From Nitrospirota bacterium (GTDB lineage: Bacteria; Nitrospirota; UBA9217): DNA of 64,000 nucleotides. A program made the translations under genes and the position numbers. A model generated the notes under the pieces. It was not told where the DNA came from and did no database searches. It saw only the letters and a list, made by a program, of their open reading frames with translations. The stretch lies in contig OY760142.1 of NCBI GenBank assembly GCA_963663225.1, positions 160,001-224,000 on the forward strand, written 5' to 3'. Every line of letters starts with the position of its first letter. Position 1 is the first letter of the stretch. Positions 1 to 10,285 of the stretch are shown piece after piece.

Positions 1-618
1 CACCTGGCTCCCGCAGCCCTCGCCGTACACCAGATCTATCGCCTCGATAAAACCGGGGCTCAGGCTGCGGGAGCCCGGCTCTTTCCGTGCATTGCAGCTG
101 AATTGGAAAGCATCGCCGATCGCGGCCAGCACTTCGTTTCCATCCGAGAAGTGCAAGGGCCAGAGCAGGCAGACCTTCGGCTTCACAAGCTGCAACGGCA
201 GGTTGAGCGTCATTGCAACAGTATGCAGCGAGCAGTGCGTCCGGTTATTGGACCAGTACGCAAAGACGCACAGACCATCCTCATTCGTATCAAGGGAATA
301 CAGTCCGGGCTCTTCTTCTTCAAAGACATTGTCATATCCGCCGACGGTCAGAAGATGCGGGCACAGCTTCGCGGCTTCGGGCAAGACCTTGATGATCCGT
401 TTCATTTCCGCGGCGGTAACGCAAACCTCATAGGACGCGCAGCAGCACTTCTCGCCCCTGACACAGCCGTTGCAGCGGTTTTCAAGCTGCAGAATCGATT
501 CCACGTCAACATCAATACTGCTGCGCTGATACCGGGGCGTTTGTTTAGTACTGCGGTTTTTATGATTGTTCGGTTTCACGAATGAATAATTTTTCTGCTT
601 CGTACTTTTTCCCTGCAT
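1..618 (-). CDS. Cys-rich DUF3109/YkgJ-like (putative Zn/Fe-S binding) protein, partial (3' end beyond the window edge)
   Basis: Manually translated open frame from ATG at 618 to the edge. It is absent from the ORF track because it has no stop in the window. Sequence: MQGKSTKQ...CNGCVRGEKCCCASYEVCVT...GLCVFAY...HCSLH...KPKVCLLWP. Pattern CxxC..CC / CVF / CxLH / KPxxCxLxP. Confidence 0.7.
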   Translation of the reverse strand, partial: MQGKSTKQKNYSFVKPNNHKNRSTKQTPRYQRSSIDVDVESILQLENRCNGCVRGEKCCCASYEVCVTAAEMKRIIKVLPEAAKLCPHLLTVGGYDNVFEEEEPGLYSLDTNEDGLCVFAYWSNNRTHCSLHTVAMTLNLPLQLVKPKVCLLWPLHFSDGNEVLAAIGDAFQFSCNARKEPGSRSLSPGFIEAIDLVYGEGCGSQV

Positions 619-625
619 GCAATTG

Positions 626-1246
626 CTATTGGCATCTTTCTTCGGCAGCAATGCGGACTTCCCGAAACATCCTGCTGAGTTCAGGAAGTTGATAACTCGC
701 ATTCAAACCGCTGGGATTCGGCAGAATCCAGAGCCGCGACGTGCCGATGTATTCTTCTCGGATGCCGAAACCAGCTTTCGGCTGTCCAAAGGCGACGCGA
801 AAAGCTGTGAGGCCGAGCACTGCCACAATGCGCGGACGATGTCGCTTTATTTTTGCCGCAAGCCGCCGTCCACCCGCTTTCAGCTCTTTGGTGTCAAGTT
901 CCGCAGCGGATGCGGTCGACCTGTTCACAATATTTGTAATACCATACCCGCTCTTCAGCAGTTCACGCTCCTCTGCAGGGAGAAGCAGCCGTTCAGTGAA
1001 CCCAGCCTTGTATAGTACAGGCCAAAACCGGTTTCCCGGCCTGGCAAAATGGTGTCCGACAGCTCCGGAATACAGGCCCGGATTGATGCCTACAAACAAG
1101 ATCTTCAGCCGGGGCGCAATGACATCCGGCACTGTCTTGCCGTATGCCGCTAGCAGGTCGGATTTTGTCGGTTTCCGGATTATATCTTCCGCAGGGACTC
1201 GACTCTTTTCGTACCATTGGTGTTTTTTTAATTTTTTTCTGTTCAC
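626..1246 (-). CDS. mug: G/U mismatch-specific DNA glycosylase (UDG family 2)
   Basis: Motifs FVGINPG, HHFARPGNRFW and LPNPSGLNA. Confidence 0.92.
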   Translation of the reverse strand: MNRKKLKKHQWYEKSRVPAEDIIRKPTKSDLLAAYGKTVPDVIAPRLKILFVGINPGLYSGAVGHHFARPGNRFWPVLYKAGFTERLLLPAEERELLKSGYGITNIVNRSTASAAELDTKELKAGGRRLAAKIKRHRPRIVAVLGLTAFRVAFGQPKAGFGIREEYIGTSRLWILPNPSGLNASYQLPELSRMFREVRIAAEERCQ

Positions 1247-1312
1247 GATTTTGAAAAATTACGAAAACCTCAGGCGGATTCGAAGGGAGAATCATGGTGC
1301 TTTGAACTGACA

Positions 1313-4120
1313 TTAGCGCCAATTCGCATCAAGATTTTCCCGGACTTTTTTCAGCAGCACAGACGGAGCAAGGGGCTTCATAAGAAAACTGACTCCCGGT
1401 TCAAGCATTCCTTCCCAGTTGATGATGTTTTCCGCGTAGCCGCTTATAAATATTACCTTGATACCGGGATTCATTTTTCGTATTTCCAAATACGCCTCTT
1501 TTCCGTTTTTCCTCGGCATGATGCCGTCGAGCAAAAGCAGCTGCACCAGATCGCGGTTGGCAACGAATTGAGCCACGGCGTCTTCTCCGTCTCCTGCCTC
1601 AATCACGGTGTAGCCGTGGCTGCGCAGTATCGTCGCGGTGAGTGTTCTGACGGTCGAGTCGTCTTCCGCAACCAGTATTGTTTCCAGCCCTCCCTGCGGC
1701 TGCACAGGCTCCACTTCCCAACGCTCCTCGGCAACTCCCTCTTTCGAAAGCGGCAGATAGACCGAGAAAGTAGACCCCCTGCCCGGCTCGCTCCTGACGT
1801 CGATATAACCGTTGTGCTGCTTCACAATGCCATACACCATCGAAAGTCCGAGGCCGGTTCCCTTCCCTTGCTCCTTGGTCGTGAAAAACGGGGCGAAAAT
1901 CCTTGCCTGCGTGGCCGCGTCCATGCCCGCCCCGGTGTCGGAAACAGCGATGCGCGCGTACTCGCCCGTTGCTCCATATCCATGCGACTTGACGAAATCC
2001 ATGTCCATGAACACCGTCCCAGTCCGGATCGTTATGGCTCCGCCGTCCGGCATCGCGTCCCGTGCGTTCGTGATCAGGTTCATCAGCACCTGCTCGAGCT
2101 GCGCAGCGTCAGCAAGGACGGTCAATGCATGGTCCGTGCAGACAGTCTTGAGTTCGATGTCTTCCCTGATCAGTCTGAACAGAAGATTTTCAGCTCTCCG
2201 CACAATGTCGTTCAAATCGCAGAAATTCAGGGCGATGACCTGCTTTCGACTGAAGGACAGGAGCCTCCGGATGAGTGTGGCTGCCCGTTCCGAGGCATGC
2301 AGTATCTGCTCGATGTTTCTGCTGTTAGGATCGCCGTCCGCCAACTGCATCTGCATCAGCGTCGCGTATCCGATAATCGCCGAGAGGATATTGTTGAAAT
2401 CATGGGCAACCCCTCCGGCCAGCTTGCCGATCGCTTCCAGTTTCTGAGACTGCTGGAGCTGCTCATCTATTTTCTTCCGTTCCGTGATGTCGCGGCAAAG
2501 CGTCAGAATCTGGCGGCCATTTTTCGTGTCCACGACCTTTGCGTTTATTTCAACGGACGTTATTCTTCCTTGTTTATCAACATAGTCTACCTCGTAGTCT
2601 CTGATCCCTCCGCGCGCGAAGCATTTGAGGACCGCGTCAGCATTTCTTTCCTTCATGGAATCCGCAGTCCAGTCCGCCACCGGCCTGTTGACGATCTCCG
2701 ACAGACGACCATGGCCGGTCAAACGAACATATTCCGCATTCGCATCAAAAACCAATCCATCCTTGTCAAGAATGACGAAGCCGGTGTGCGTTGTTTCTAT
2801 CAGGGCGCGGTATTTCCTCATACTCTCGCGGAAAGCATCTTCGATGTATCTCTGGTCGGTCAGATCGAAATTAACACCGAGTATACCGAGCATCTGCTGG
2901 TCAGCGCTCCAAATTGGCATGACCATTTCCAAAAAATGGTGGTTTTCACCGCGGATGACATATTCTGTCTCCTGTTTGATCATTTCGCCGTTAAAAGCCC
3001 TTCGGTTGTTTTCCAGCCATTGCGTCTGATCGGGAAAATGCAGGATGATTTCATCGGGACGTTTGCCGATAACATTGCCCCAGCGCCGTACCGACGCATT
3101 GTTCTGCATGAAATATCGGCCTTCCATGTCGATCGCATAGAAGTCATACGGAAGACTCTCGATGATTGCTTTCAGAAGGGCTTCATTCGCACCAAGTTTC
3201 ACCAGCGCCGTCCGCAGTTCTGATGTCTGCGCCGACACCCGTTTTCTGAGCATTGTATTCCACAGCACCAGCAACGCCATGATAAGAACGACGCCTAAAG
3301 CCGAATACAAACCATACCGGACAAGAGAGGAAGAAGAGTGCAGTGCCAATCCCATCCATTTCCGTTCTATCATCCTGCGCTCATCATCACTGATCAGGGA
3401 GAACCCCTGTTCGACTTTGTCCAGAAGCTCCGTGCGCCCCTTCAAAACAGCGCGGTGAAATTGTCCAGTGAACAGCGGTTGCGTATGCCGGAACCTGGCT
3501 TCAAGATCTTTTTTATACAGGTAATAAAGCGCCGGAGGTTTGTCCATGCAATACACCTTGATCGTCCCGTCAGCCGCCGCCTGTATGATTTCCTCATAAT
3601 TCTGATATTCCAGAAGGGTTGTGACGCCGCTTTTTTTCAAAACATCGACGCAGGTGTCCCCCGTCTTGACACCGATGGTAAAACCGCGCAGAGATGCAAG
3701 GCCGCTGATACCGCTGATGTCCTTGTTGAAAAAAATGGGCACTTCCAGTGTGGCATACGGTTTTGAAAAATCAAGGACCGCAGCCCGCTCTGCAGTAAAA
3801 AAAATGGTATCGATAACATCCGCTTTGCCGTCTGTCAGAAATTCTTTTGCTTTCCACCAGTCCATGCCGAACAGTTGGACAGGGATGCCTGTTTTTTTCT
3901 CCCAAAGGCTCCATTCGTCAACAAGAATACCCTGTAATTTTCCGTCCGCACTACGGAATATATAGGGTGGATAATTGTCGTCAGCTACTACCGTGATTGA
4001 TTTGATTTTATGGGTGGAAGATGTCGGCAGCGCGAAGCAGTTTGCCGGGTCACAAAAAACGACATAGAGAAGGAAGGGAAAAAAGAACAACCTAGAAAAA
4101 ATCAATATCCATTTATTCAT
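1313..4120 (-). CDS. Hybrid sensor histidine kinase (periplasmic amino-acid-binding SBP domain, TM, PAS x2, HisKA/HATPase, REC)
   Basis: SBP family 3 motif DDNYPPY; TM segment; H-box AHDFNNIL; N-box NLITNARDAM; G2 box GTGLGL; C-terminal REC with LLLLD. Start moved to MNKWIL (ORF track starts at 4213). Confidence 0.9.
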   Translation of the reverse strand: MNKWILIFSRLFFFPFLLYVVFCDPANCFALPTSSTHKIKSITVVADDNYPPYIFRSADGKLQGILVDEWSLWEKKTGIPVQLFGMDWWKAKEFLTDGKADVIDTIFFTAERAAVLDFSKPYATLEVPIFFNKDISGISGLASLRGFTIGVKTGDTCVDVLKKSGVTTLLEYQNYEEIIQAAADGTIKVYCMDKPPALYYLYKKDLEARFRHTQPLFTGQFHRAVLKGRTELLDKVEQGFSLISDDERRMIERKWMGLALHSSSSLVRYGLYSALGVVLIMALLVLWNTMLRKRVSAQTSELRTALVKLGANEALLKAIIESLPYDFYAIDMEGRYFMQNNASVRRWGNVIGKRPDEIILHFPDQTQWLENNRRAFNGEMIKQETEYVIRGENHHFLEMVMPIWSADQQMLGILGVNFDLTDQRYIEDAFRESMRKYRALIETTHTGFVILDKDGLVFDANAEYVRLTGHGRLSEIVNRPVADWTADSMKERNADAVLKCFARGGIRDYEVDYVDKQGRITSVEINAKVVDTKNGRQILTLCRDITERKKIDEQLQQSQKLEAIGKLAGGVAHDFNNILSAIIGYATLMQMQLADGDPNSRNIEQILHASERAATLIRRLLSFSRKQVIALNFCDLNDIVRRAENLLFRLIREDIELKTVCTDHALTVLADAAQLEQVLMNLITNARDAMPDGGAITIRTGTVFMDMDFVKSHGYGATGEYARIAVSDTGAGMDAATQARIFAPFFTTKEQGKGTGLGLSMVYGIVKQHNGYIDVRSEPGRGSTFSVYLPLSKEGVAEERWEVEPVQPQGGLETILVAEDDSTVRTLTATILRSHGYTVIEAGDGEDAVAQFVANRDLVQLLLLDGIMPRKNGKEAYLEIRKMNPGIKVIFISGYAENIINWEGMLEPGVSFLMKPLAPSVLLKKVRENLDANWR

Positions 4121-4340
4121 AGTATCCCCAAAAAGACACGGTCCCTCCAAAAGCAGCAACAGAATTATCCTATACTTCGGTGCGGGGAAAACAGGCAGAC
4201 AAAACAACAGCAATACATCTTAACACTTTGAGAATACTATAGTTTTAAGTAATTGGCAAGTTTTTTTTGTTTGCGAACAAGAATCAAAAGCTAAAAAAGA
4301 ACAACCTCTTAAAACAATACCTTATTGCCGCCCTGATTCA

Positions 4341-4349
4341 TGATATAAT
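4341..4349 (+). promoter_or_regulatory. Putative extended -10 promoter element upstream of the amide hydrolase gene
   Basis: TGaTATAAT about 70 bp upstream of ATG 4419. Confidence 0.4.
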
Positions 4350-4418
4350 GCAAACGCTTCACCAGCAAACATATATTAAGTCAGGGCATCTCAATCTTGA
4401 ACAGGAAAGGACATTACA

Positions 4419-5483
4419 ATGCAAAGAAGAAATATGTACTGTTTAGGGTTTATCATTGTTACGGTGCTCTTCATCTCAGGATTATATTTTAGCGCTCAGG
4501 CATGCTCCCGCGCTTTATGGGATTGTGATGGAAAAGCGATTGTCGTCGGAAGGAACATGGACTGGAGCGATCCCATGCCGGTCAATCTCTGGCTTCTGCC
4601 AAGAGGGATTAAGAGAGACGGCATGACGGGAGATAACACTCTGCGGTGGACCGCGAAATACGGCAGCCTGGTGGCAGCTGATACGGCCGCGTCGGACGGG
4701 ATGAATGAAAAGGGGTTCGCAGCGCACGTCCTTTGGTTGTCCGAATCGAACTATGGAACCCGGGATGCAAAACTGCCCGGACTGAGCGTAGGATTGTGGT
4801 TACAGTATTATCTCGATAACTTCGCCACGGTTAAGGAAGCTGTCGCGTTTACACTCAAAACGCCATTTCAAATCATCTCAGGAAGTATGCCGCAGGGACA
4901 GAAAATCACCCTTCACCTGATCTTTGAGGACGCCACCGGAGACTCCGCCGTCATCGAATATACCAATGGCAAACCCAAGGTTTTTCATAGCAAAGAATAC
5001 CGGGTAGCAACCAACTCCCCGACATTCGATTTGCAACTGAGTCAGCTTCATCAGTATACGGGTTTTGGCGGTAACAGACCCCTTCCGGGAACAACCCAGG
5101 CTGCAGATCGTTTTGTCCGCGCTGCCTATTATCTGAAAAATCTGCCGTCGCCAGCTGATTACCGGCAATGCGTTGCCGGAATATTGAGCGTGATGAGGAA
5201 CGTTGCCCAACCGTTCGGTATTGCCGATCCTGCGCGGCCATACATCAGTGCAACCCGATGGCGCACTGTCGCCGATTTGACGAATCTGGTTTACTATTTC
5301 GAGTCAACCACGAGCCCAAATATCGTCTGGGTCACGATGCAGTCGTCGGACTTTACGGAGGGCGCCCCGGTTAAAAAACTGGACCTGATAAAAAATCCTG
5401 ACCGGGTAGGAGATTGTTCCAAAGAGTTCGAACCTGCGGAGCCATTCGTCATTCCGCCGCCGTCCGACCGAATGGGAGTATAA
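4419..5483 (+). CDS. Exported linear amide C-N hydrolase (choloylglycine hydrolase / penicillin V acylase family, Ntn hydrolase)
   Basis: Signal peptide ending AQA, followed by the catalytic Cys (CSRALW); motifs GRNMDW, DGMNEKG, ATNSP and ADRFVRA. Confidence 0.9.
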   Translation: MQRRNMYCLGFIIVTVLFISGLYFSAQACSRALWDCDGKAIVVGRNMDWSDPMPVNLWLLPRGIKRDGMTGDNTLRWTAKYGSLVAADTAASDGMNEKGFAAHVLWLSESNYGTRDAKLPGLSVGLWLQYYLDNFATVKEAVAFTLKTPFQIISGSMPQGQKITLHLIFEDATGDSAVIEYTNGKPKVFHSKEYRVATNSPTFDLQLSQLHQYTGFGGNRPLPGTTQAADRFVRAAYYLKNLPSPADYRQCVAGILSVMRNVAQPFGIADPARPYISATRWRTVADLTNLVYYFESTTSPNIVWVTMQSSDFTEGAPVKKLDLIKNPDRVGDCSKEFEPAEPFVIPPPSDRMGV

Positions 5484-5528
5484 TCGTTACTGTTAATAAC
5501 GCATGCCGGACAACCGATAAAAATAAAC

Positions 5529-5588
5529 AAGGCCACTTCTGAGATTACCGATGCTGTTGAAGGTATGAGAAGTGGCCTTTGCTTTTAC
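5529..5588. terminator. Probable (possibly bidirectional) terminator hairpin
   Basis: Perfect 12-bp inverted repeat AAGGCCACTTCT (5529-5540) / AGAAGTGGCCTT (5568-5579), with a T-rich tail and an A-rich leader, between convergent genes. Confidence 0.55.
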
Positions 5589-5757
5589 TGAAATTTATTT
5601 ATCGAGTAATCTGAATAGTACGCCCACGGTGAAAGCGCGACCGCAAAAAAAATTCAGCATGAGTTTTTTGACATGATCGATACTTATAGAAGCAAAAACA
5701 TTGTTCTATATAACGAAAAACAATACGATGTTCGTTCAACAGCTACCTCGAAAACGC

Positions 5758-5982
5758 CTATCGCATTTTCCAGTCCATTTTAGCAATCTCGCCATTCTTA
5801 AAATGAAACTTCTTGCTCCAGTCCGACTGGCTGCCGCCGACAATGACCGTGCAGTCCACGGAAAGTATGCCGTTGCCGCTTTCTCCAACGGAATTGTCCG
5901 TCACATCCATGCTGACAGTATCCTCACCGTAATTGCTTTTCAAATATAGCTTTGCTTTCGAAATCATCTGTTTTTCATCCAT
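5758..5982 (-). CDS. Small hypothetical protein (about 74 aa)
   Basis: MDEKQMISKAKLYLKSNYGEDTV..., preceded by a GAGGTG RBS; natural-looking composition. Confidence 0.7.
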   Translation of the reverse strand: MDEKQMISKAKLYLKSNYGEDTVSMDVTDNSVGESGNGILSVDCTVIVGGSQSDWSKKFHFKNGEIAKMDWKMR

Positions 5983-6220
5983 GCCAAACACACCTCACTT
6001 GCAGTGCAGGGTTATGCGACATAAACCATTGATAAGATATTATAAAACTACTTAAAAGTAAAGTGTCACAGTCACAATAAAGACGAAACAGTGATAATTT
6101 GCAGCTGCTGCAACGTGACCCAAAATTTTGCATAACGTCAGACAAGTATTAAAGTTTTCTAAAATTCTGCCGAAAAGTTTATTGGCAGATGCCTTGATAC
6201 CGTTTCATTAAATAGCCCGT

Positions 6221-9200
6221 GTGAGTATACTTTCTATGCGCTCTTTATTGTCCCTAGCGATCCGCACACAGATACTCCTCATTGCCATGATCATGGCTGT
6301 CCCCACGGCCGGCACCATCATCTATTCCAGCAACCATATACAAAAAGAAGAAATAAACAAAGCCGTTATCGATACGCAAAGGCTTACGACTGCCATTGCC
6401 GCAGAGCAGCAGAACATAATCGCCGTCGCACAACAGGTCATCAGCATGCTTGCCATGCTGCCCGATGTTAAGAATCAGAATGCGAAAAAAGTTCAGCCGA
6501 TCCTTCGCGACGCTTTGAAACTGGAGCCCCATTTTTCGAACATATTTATAGCCTCACGAAAAGGCATTGTCTGGGCAACCGCGGTTCCCGGTGTTACAAA
6601 CGTAGCAGACCGCCGTTATTTCAAAAGCGCCCTGGAAAACGACAGATTGGCTTCCGGCGAATATGTCATCAGCAGAGCAATCTCCATGCCTGTCATCAAT
6701 ATCGCGGCCCCGATAAAAAACGCCGGTGGCGCTACAATTGGTGTCATTAGTGTGGGATTGAAAATCGACGTATATCAGCAGGTGCTTGAACGCGCCATGC
6801 TTCCGTCGGGCGCGCACATTACCTTGCTCGATCACAAAGGAGTAATTCTGTATCGTTCCCTTGACACCGCCGAACTCATCGGGAAAAAATTCGATGAAAC
6901 GCTGTTTAAAACCATGCAAAAAGGTCCTGACACGGCAACATTCGACAACATGAGAGCCATGCAGGGAGATAATCGCGTTCTGACCTATCGCAAGCTTTGG
7001 CTTCCCGGCGAACAGTCGCCGTATATGTACATCCGGGCGGGGATTCCGGTTTCAACGGTGCTCGAGAACGCAAGAAAGGCGTTGATTCAAAATCTTCTCA
7101 TTCTGATCCTGTTTCTCGTCGCAGCGATCCTGCTGGCTCTATATATCGGAAAACGCTCGATTATAGACCGTGTCACCCTGCTGGAAAAAGCAACGCGGGC
7201 CGTAACAGACGGTAATTTGAAAGTCAGGGTCACCGACCTTGTTGCAGGAGGCGAACTCGGCAGGCTTGGCCAAACTTTTGATGAGATGGCCTCCCAACTC
7301 GCGCTGCGTGAACAGGCGCTTGTCAAAAGCGAAAAGAACTATCGAGAAATTTTTAACGCGACAAAGGACGGCATTTTCGTGCACGATGCTGAATCCGGAG
7401 GCATCCTCGACGTCAATAATGCCGTGGAGACCATGTACGGATATTCGCGCACGGAAATGCTGCACCAGGAAGGACGCCCGCTCGGGTTTGCGCCGCCGCC
7501 CTATTCCCTGAAGGAAGCAATTCAATGGATCCAAAAAACCGTGCAGGAAGGCCCCCAGTCCTTCGAATGGCTGGCCCGGAGGAAAAACGGTGAACTGTTC
7601 TGGACCGAAATAGTCCTGTCTGCAACGAACATCGGCGGTTCCGGACGGGTGCTTGCGGTCGTGCGGGACATTGCAGCACGCAAAAAAGCTGAAGAGGACC
7701 GGCAGAAACTAGTCTCGGTGATAGAGATGAGCCGCGATTTCATCGGAATAGCGGATTTGAACGGCCGGGTCCTTTACCTTAACGCGGCTGCCCTCAATCT
7801 CGTCGGTCTCGATGACATTGAAAAAGTACGGGGGAAATTTATCAACACCCTCCACATGAAAGCCGACCATCAGCAACTCGAAACGGAAATTCTGCCGGCC
7901 GCCTTCCGCATGGGAAGCTGGGTCGGGGAACTGAGCTTGAGACACTTTGAAACCGGGTTGCCGATTCCCGTTGATATGAATGTGTTCAGCATCAGTGACT
8001 CAAAAACCGAAAGGCCGATCGCGCTTGCCTGCATTGGACGCGATATCACCGAACGCAAACATGCCGAGGAGGAAAAAGCAAAGCTTCAGTCCCAGGTAAT
8101 GCACATTCAGAAAATGGAGTCCATCGGCCAGCTTTCCGGCGGCATTGCGCATGATTTCAACAATATCCTCACGGCAATCATCGGATATGGCAATCTCATG
8201 CGGATGACGCTGGGCAAAACCGACCCGGGACAAACACATTTAGACCATATTCTCACTTCGGCGGAGCGTGCGACCAAACTTACCGGCAGCCTGCTCGCCT
8301 TCAGCCGCAAGCAGACAATAAATCCCAGGATCGTTAATCTAAACGATGTCATCCATGAAATCGAGCGGTTTCTCTCGCGCATCATCAGTGAAGACATCAC
8401 CCTGTGCACGACATTGAGCTCGACAGCATTATCTGTATTCGTCGATCCCATGCAGGTGGAACAAATACTGATGAACCTGTCCACAAACGCAAGGGACGCG
8501 ATGCCAAACGGAGGGAGGCTCCTCATTCAGACATCCAGAATGAAAATCAAAGAAGATAATGCAGCCGCACCGGCTTTCATCAAAAGAGGCACATACGCCG
8601 TTCTGACGGTGACGGACAACGGCACCGGCATCGATGCAGCATTAAAAGAAAAAATATTTGACCCGTTCTACACCACCAAAGCGGTCGGCAAAGGAACCGG
8701 ACTCGGACTTTCCATTGTTTACGGCATCGTGAAGCAGAACAACGGTTATATCACGGTTCAGAGCGAGCTGAATGCAGGCGCTCAGTTCACGATCTATCTT
8801 CCCCTAATCAATGCGTGTCAGGATACTACTTCCCTCGGCACCAGCGTGCTCGCTGAAACTCCTTCCCGAGGTGGTTGTGAAACCATTCTTCTGGCGGAAG
8901 ACAATGACCCGGTTAGGAAGCTCACTCAGACAATTCTCCACCAGCACGGATACGATGTGGTCGAGGCTGTCGATGGGGTAGATGCGCTTACAAAATTCAG
9001 AGAGAATAAAGACCGGATTCATTTAATGATGATTGACGTCATTATGCCCGGTAAGAACGGCAGACAGGTTTATGATGAAGTTCGGGCGATGAAGCCCGAC
9101 ATGAAAGTAATATTCACCAGCGGGTATCCGGCAGACTTGATTCAGAAGGAAGGCGTGCTTGAAAAAGGGTTCCAGTTTCTCCCGAAACCGTCAAAACCGC

Positions 9201-9241
9201 GCGATATTATAAATAAAGTCCGATCCGTGCTTGATGCATAA
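6221..9241 (+). CDS. Hybrid sensor histidine kinase (dCache, HAMP, PAS x2, HisKA/HATPase, REC)
   Basis: Two TMs around a Cache domain (VADRRYF); HAMP (ELGRLGQTFDEM); H-box AHDFNNIL; GTGLGL; REC LMMID. Confidence 0.9.
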   Translation: MSILSMRSLLSLAIRTQILLIAMIMAVPTAGTIIYSSNHIQKEEINKAVIDTQRLTTAIAAEQQNIIAVAQQVISMLAMLPDVKNQNAKKVQPILRDALKLEPHFSNIFIASRKGIVWATAVPGVTNVADRRYFKSALENDRLASGEYVISRAISMPVINIAAPIKNAGGATIGVISVGLKIDVYQQVLERAMLPSGAHITLLDHKGVILYRSLDTAELIGKKFDETLFKTMQKGPDTATFDNMRAMQGDNRVLTYRKLWLPGEQSPYMYIRAGIPVSTVLENARKALIQNLLILILFLVAAILLALYIGKRSIIDRVTLLEKATRAVTDGNLKVRVTDLVAGGELGRLGQTFDEMASQLALREQALVKSEKNYREIFNATKDGIFVHDAESGGILDVNNAVETMYGYSRTEMLHQEGRPLGFAPPPYSLKEAIQWIQKTVQEGPQSFEWLARRKNGELFWTEIVLSATNIGGSGRVLAVVRDIAARKKAEEDRQKLVSVIEMSRDFIGIADLNGRVLYLNAAALNLVGLDDIEKVRGKFINTLHMKADHQQLETEILPAAFRMGSWVGELSLRHFETGLPIPVDMNVFSISDSKTERPIALACIGRDITERKHAEEEKAKLQSQVMHIQKMESIGQLSGGIAHDFNNILTAIIGYGNLMRMTLGKTDPGQTHLDHILTSAERATKLTGSLLAFSRKQTINPRIVNLNDVIHEIERFLSRIISEDITLCTTLSSTALSVFVDPMQVEQILMNLSTNARDAMPNGGRLLIQTSRMKIKEDNAAAPAFIKRGTYAVLTVTDNGTGIDAALKEKIFDPFYTTKAVGKGTGLGLSIVYGIVKQNNGYITVQSELNAGAQFTIYLPLINACQDTTSLGTSVLAETPSRGGCETILLAEDNDPVRKLTQTILHQHGYDVVEAVDGVDALTKFRENKDRIHLMMIDVIMPGKNGRQVYDEVRAMKPDMKVIFTSGYPADLIQKEGVLEKGFQFLPKPSKPRDIINKVRSVLDA

Positions 9242-9279
9242 GTAGAGGTGTGCTGGTTGCATGTTACAGCAGCAACTTC

Positions 9280-9777
9280 TCACGATTCTTCCGTCATCAG
9301 TTGATGGAAAAGGCTCGATTCCCGTTTATAGAACCCCTCGGTATGGTAGGAATCCGGCAGTCGGTACAGATGATAATCCAGATGATGGCAGAACTCATGC
9401 AGGAGCGTGCGCAGAAAAGAACGAAAAGCTACGACACGCTTGTGTTTTGCCGTGCGCATCCAGAGGGTGACGACTGCGGCCCGCCCTTCCTCCAGTTCAT
9501 ACAACCCGTGCAGTTCTCCTCCTGCGGTGCTCGGCCGTACTGCAAGCACCCGGAGTCTGATTCGCGGAACACTGAGACGTTCCACCAAGCCCGTTAACAA
9601 TGCCTTGCAGATTTCCTCGACCTTAATTCTATCTTCCTGCTCCAATGCCGACGCCAGACAAGGGATGAGCGGGTGCAATATCGCGACATCGGACAGCAGC
9701 ACGGTATGGATCCCATCGCTTTTCTGATACACGCGTTTCCGGGCTGCAGACAGTTTGCTATAGTATGAGAAAACCAT
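9280..9777 (-). CDS. Hypothetical zinc-metallopeptidase-like protein (SprT/WLM-type HEXXH)
   Basis: Motif TLLHEFCHHLD followed by DSYHTEGF; start moved to MVFSYY. Confidence 0.65.
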   Translation of the reverse strand: MVFSYYSKLSAARKRVYQKSDGIHTVLLSDVAILHPLIPCLASALEQEDRIKVEEICKALLTGLVERLSVPRIRLRVLAVRPSTAGGELHGLYELEEGRAAVVTLWMRTAKHKRVVAFRSFLRTLLHEFCHHLDYHLYRLPDSYHTEGFYKRESSLFHQLMTEES

Positions 9778-9802
9778 ATTCGAAAAAAAGAAGCGACACC
9801 GT

Positions 9803-10249
9803 CTATGTGCGTTCCGATTTCCGGTACCGGAGAACAATCCAGTAAAATGCAAAATAAGAGAGGATACCGGCGGCAGTGCTCACCGCAAGTGTGCCCGCCA
9901 GATAGGACCAGAGATAGGGTTTCAAAACGGCATACGCTGACGTCAGTGTAAGGTCATTCCATGCGATATCGGGAACTGTACCGTGAGTGCCGGTAATCTT
10001 GAGGCCGATCCAGATACAGAATGCGTACATGGGCACAATGGTCCAGGGGTTATTCACGAACGACGCAGTAAGAACGACGAATTTGCTCACGCGAAAAAGC
10101 CAGGCAAAAAAGAAACAGGAAATGATGTGAAGACCGAGCCAGGGGCTGAAAGCAATAAAGATGCCGACTGCAAAAGCAAGAGCGAGCTTGTGCGGGGGGT
10201 CGTCGAGTTTCATGATGGAACGGAATCGTTCGCGAATATATTTTTTCAT
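9803..10249 (-). CDS. DUF2062 family membrane protein
   Basis: DDPPHKLALAFAVGIFIAFSP and NNPWT...P motifs; hydrophobic. Confidence 0.8.
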   Translation of the reverse strand: MKKYIRERFRSIMKLDDPPHKLALAFAVGIFIAFSPWLGLHIISCFFFAWLFRVSKFVVLTASFVNNPWTIVPMYAFCIWIGLKITGTHGTVPDIAWNDLTLTSAYAVLKPYLWSYLAGTLAVSTAAGILSYFAFYWIVLRYRKSERT

Positions 10250-10285
10250 ATCAGACCGGTGGACAACCTGACGAGACAGTGAAGA

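Noticed and set aside
92-585. Plus-strand ORFs 92-433 and 103-585
   Set aside because: Antisense shadows of the Cys-rich minus-strand gene at 1-618.
1568-3223. Long 551-aa plus-strand ORF, and similar long antisense ORFs (11332-12258, 12550-13794, 16155-17084, 17780-18937)
   Set aside because: Each lies opposite well-supported genes and has no recognisable motifs; these are codon-bias shadows.
6183-6198. Sigma-54-like TGGCAGATGCCTTGAT upstream of the second hybrid kinase
   Set aside because: The essential -12 GC is GA here; too weak to call.
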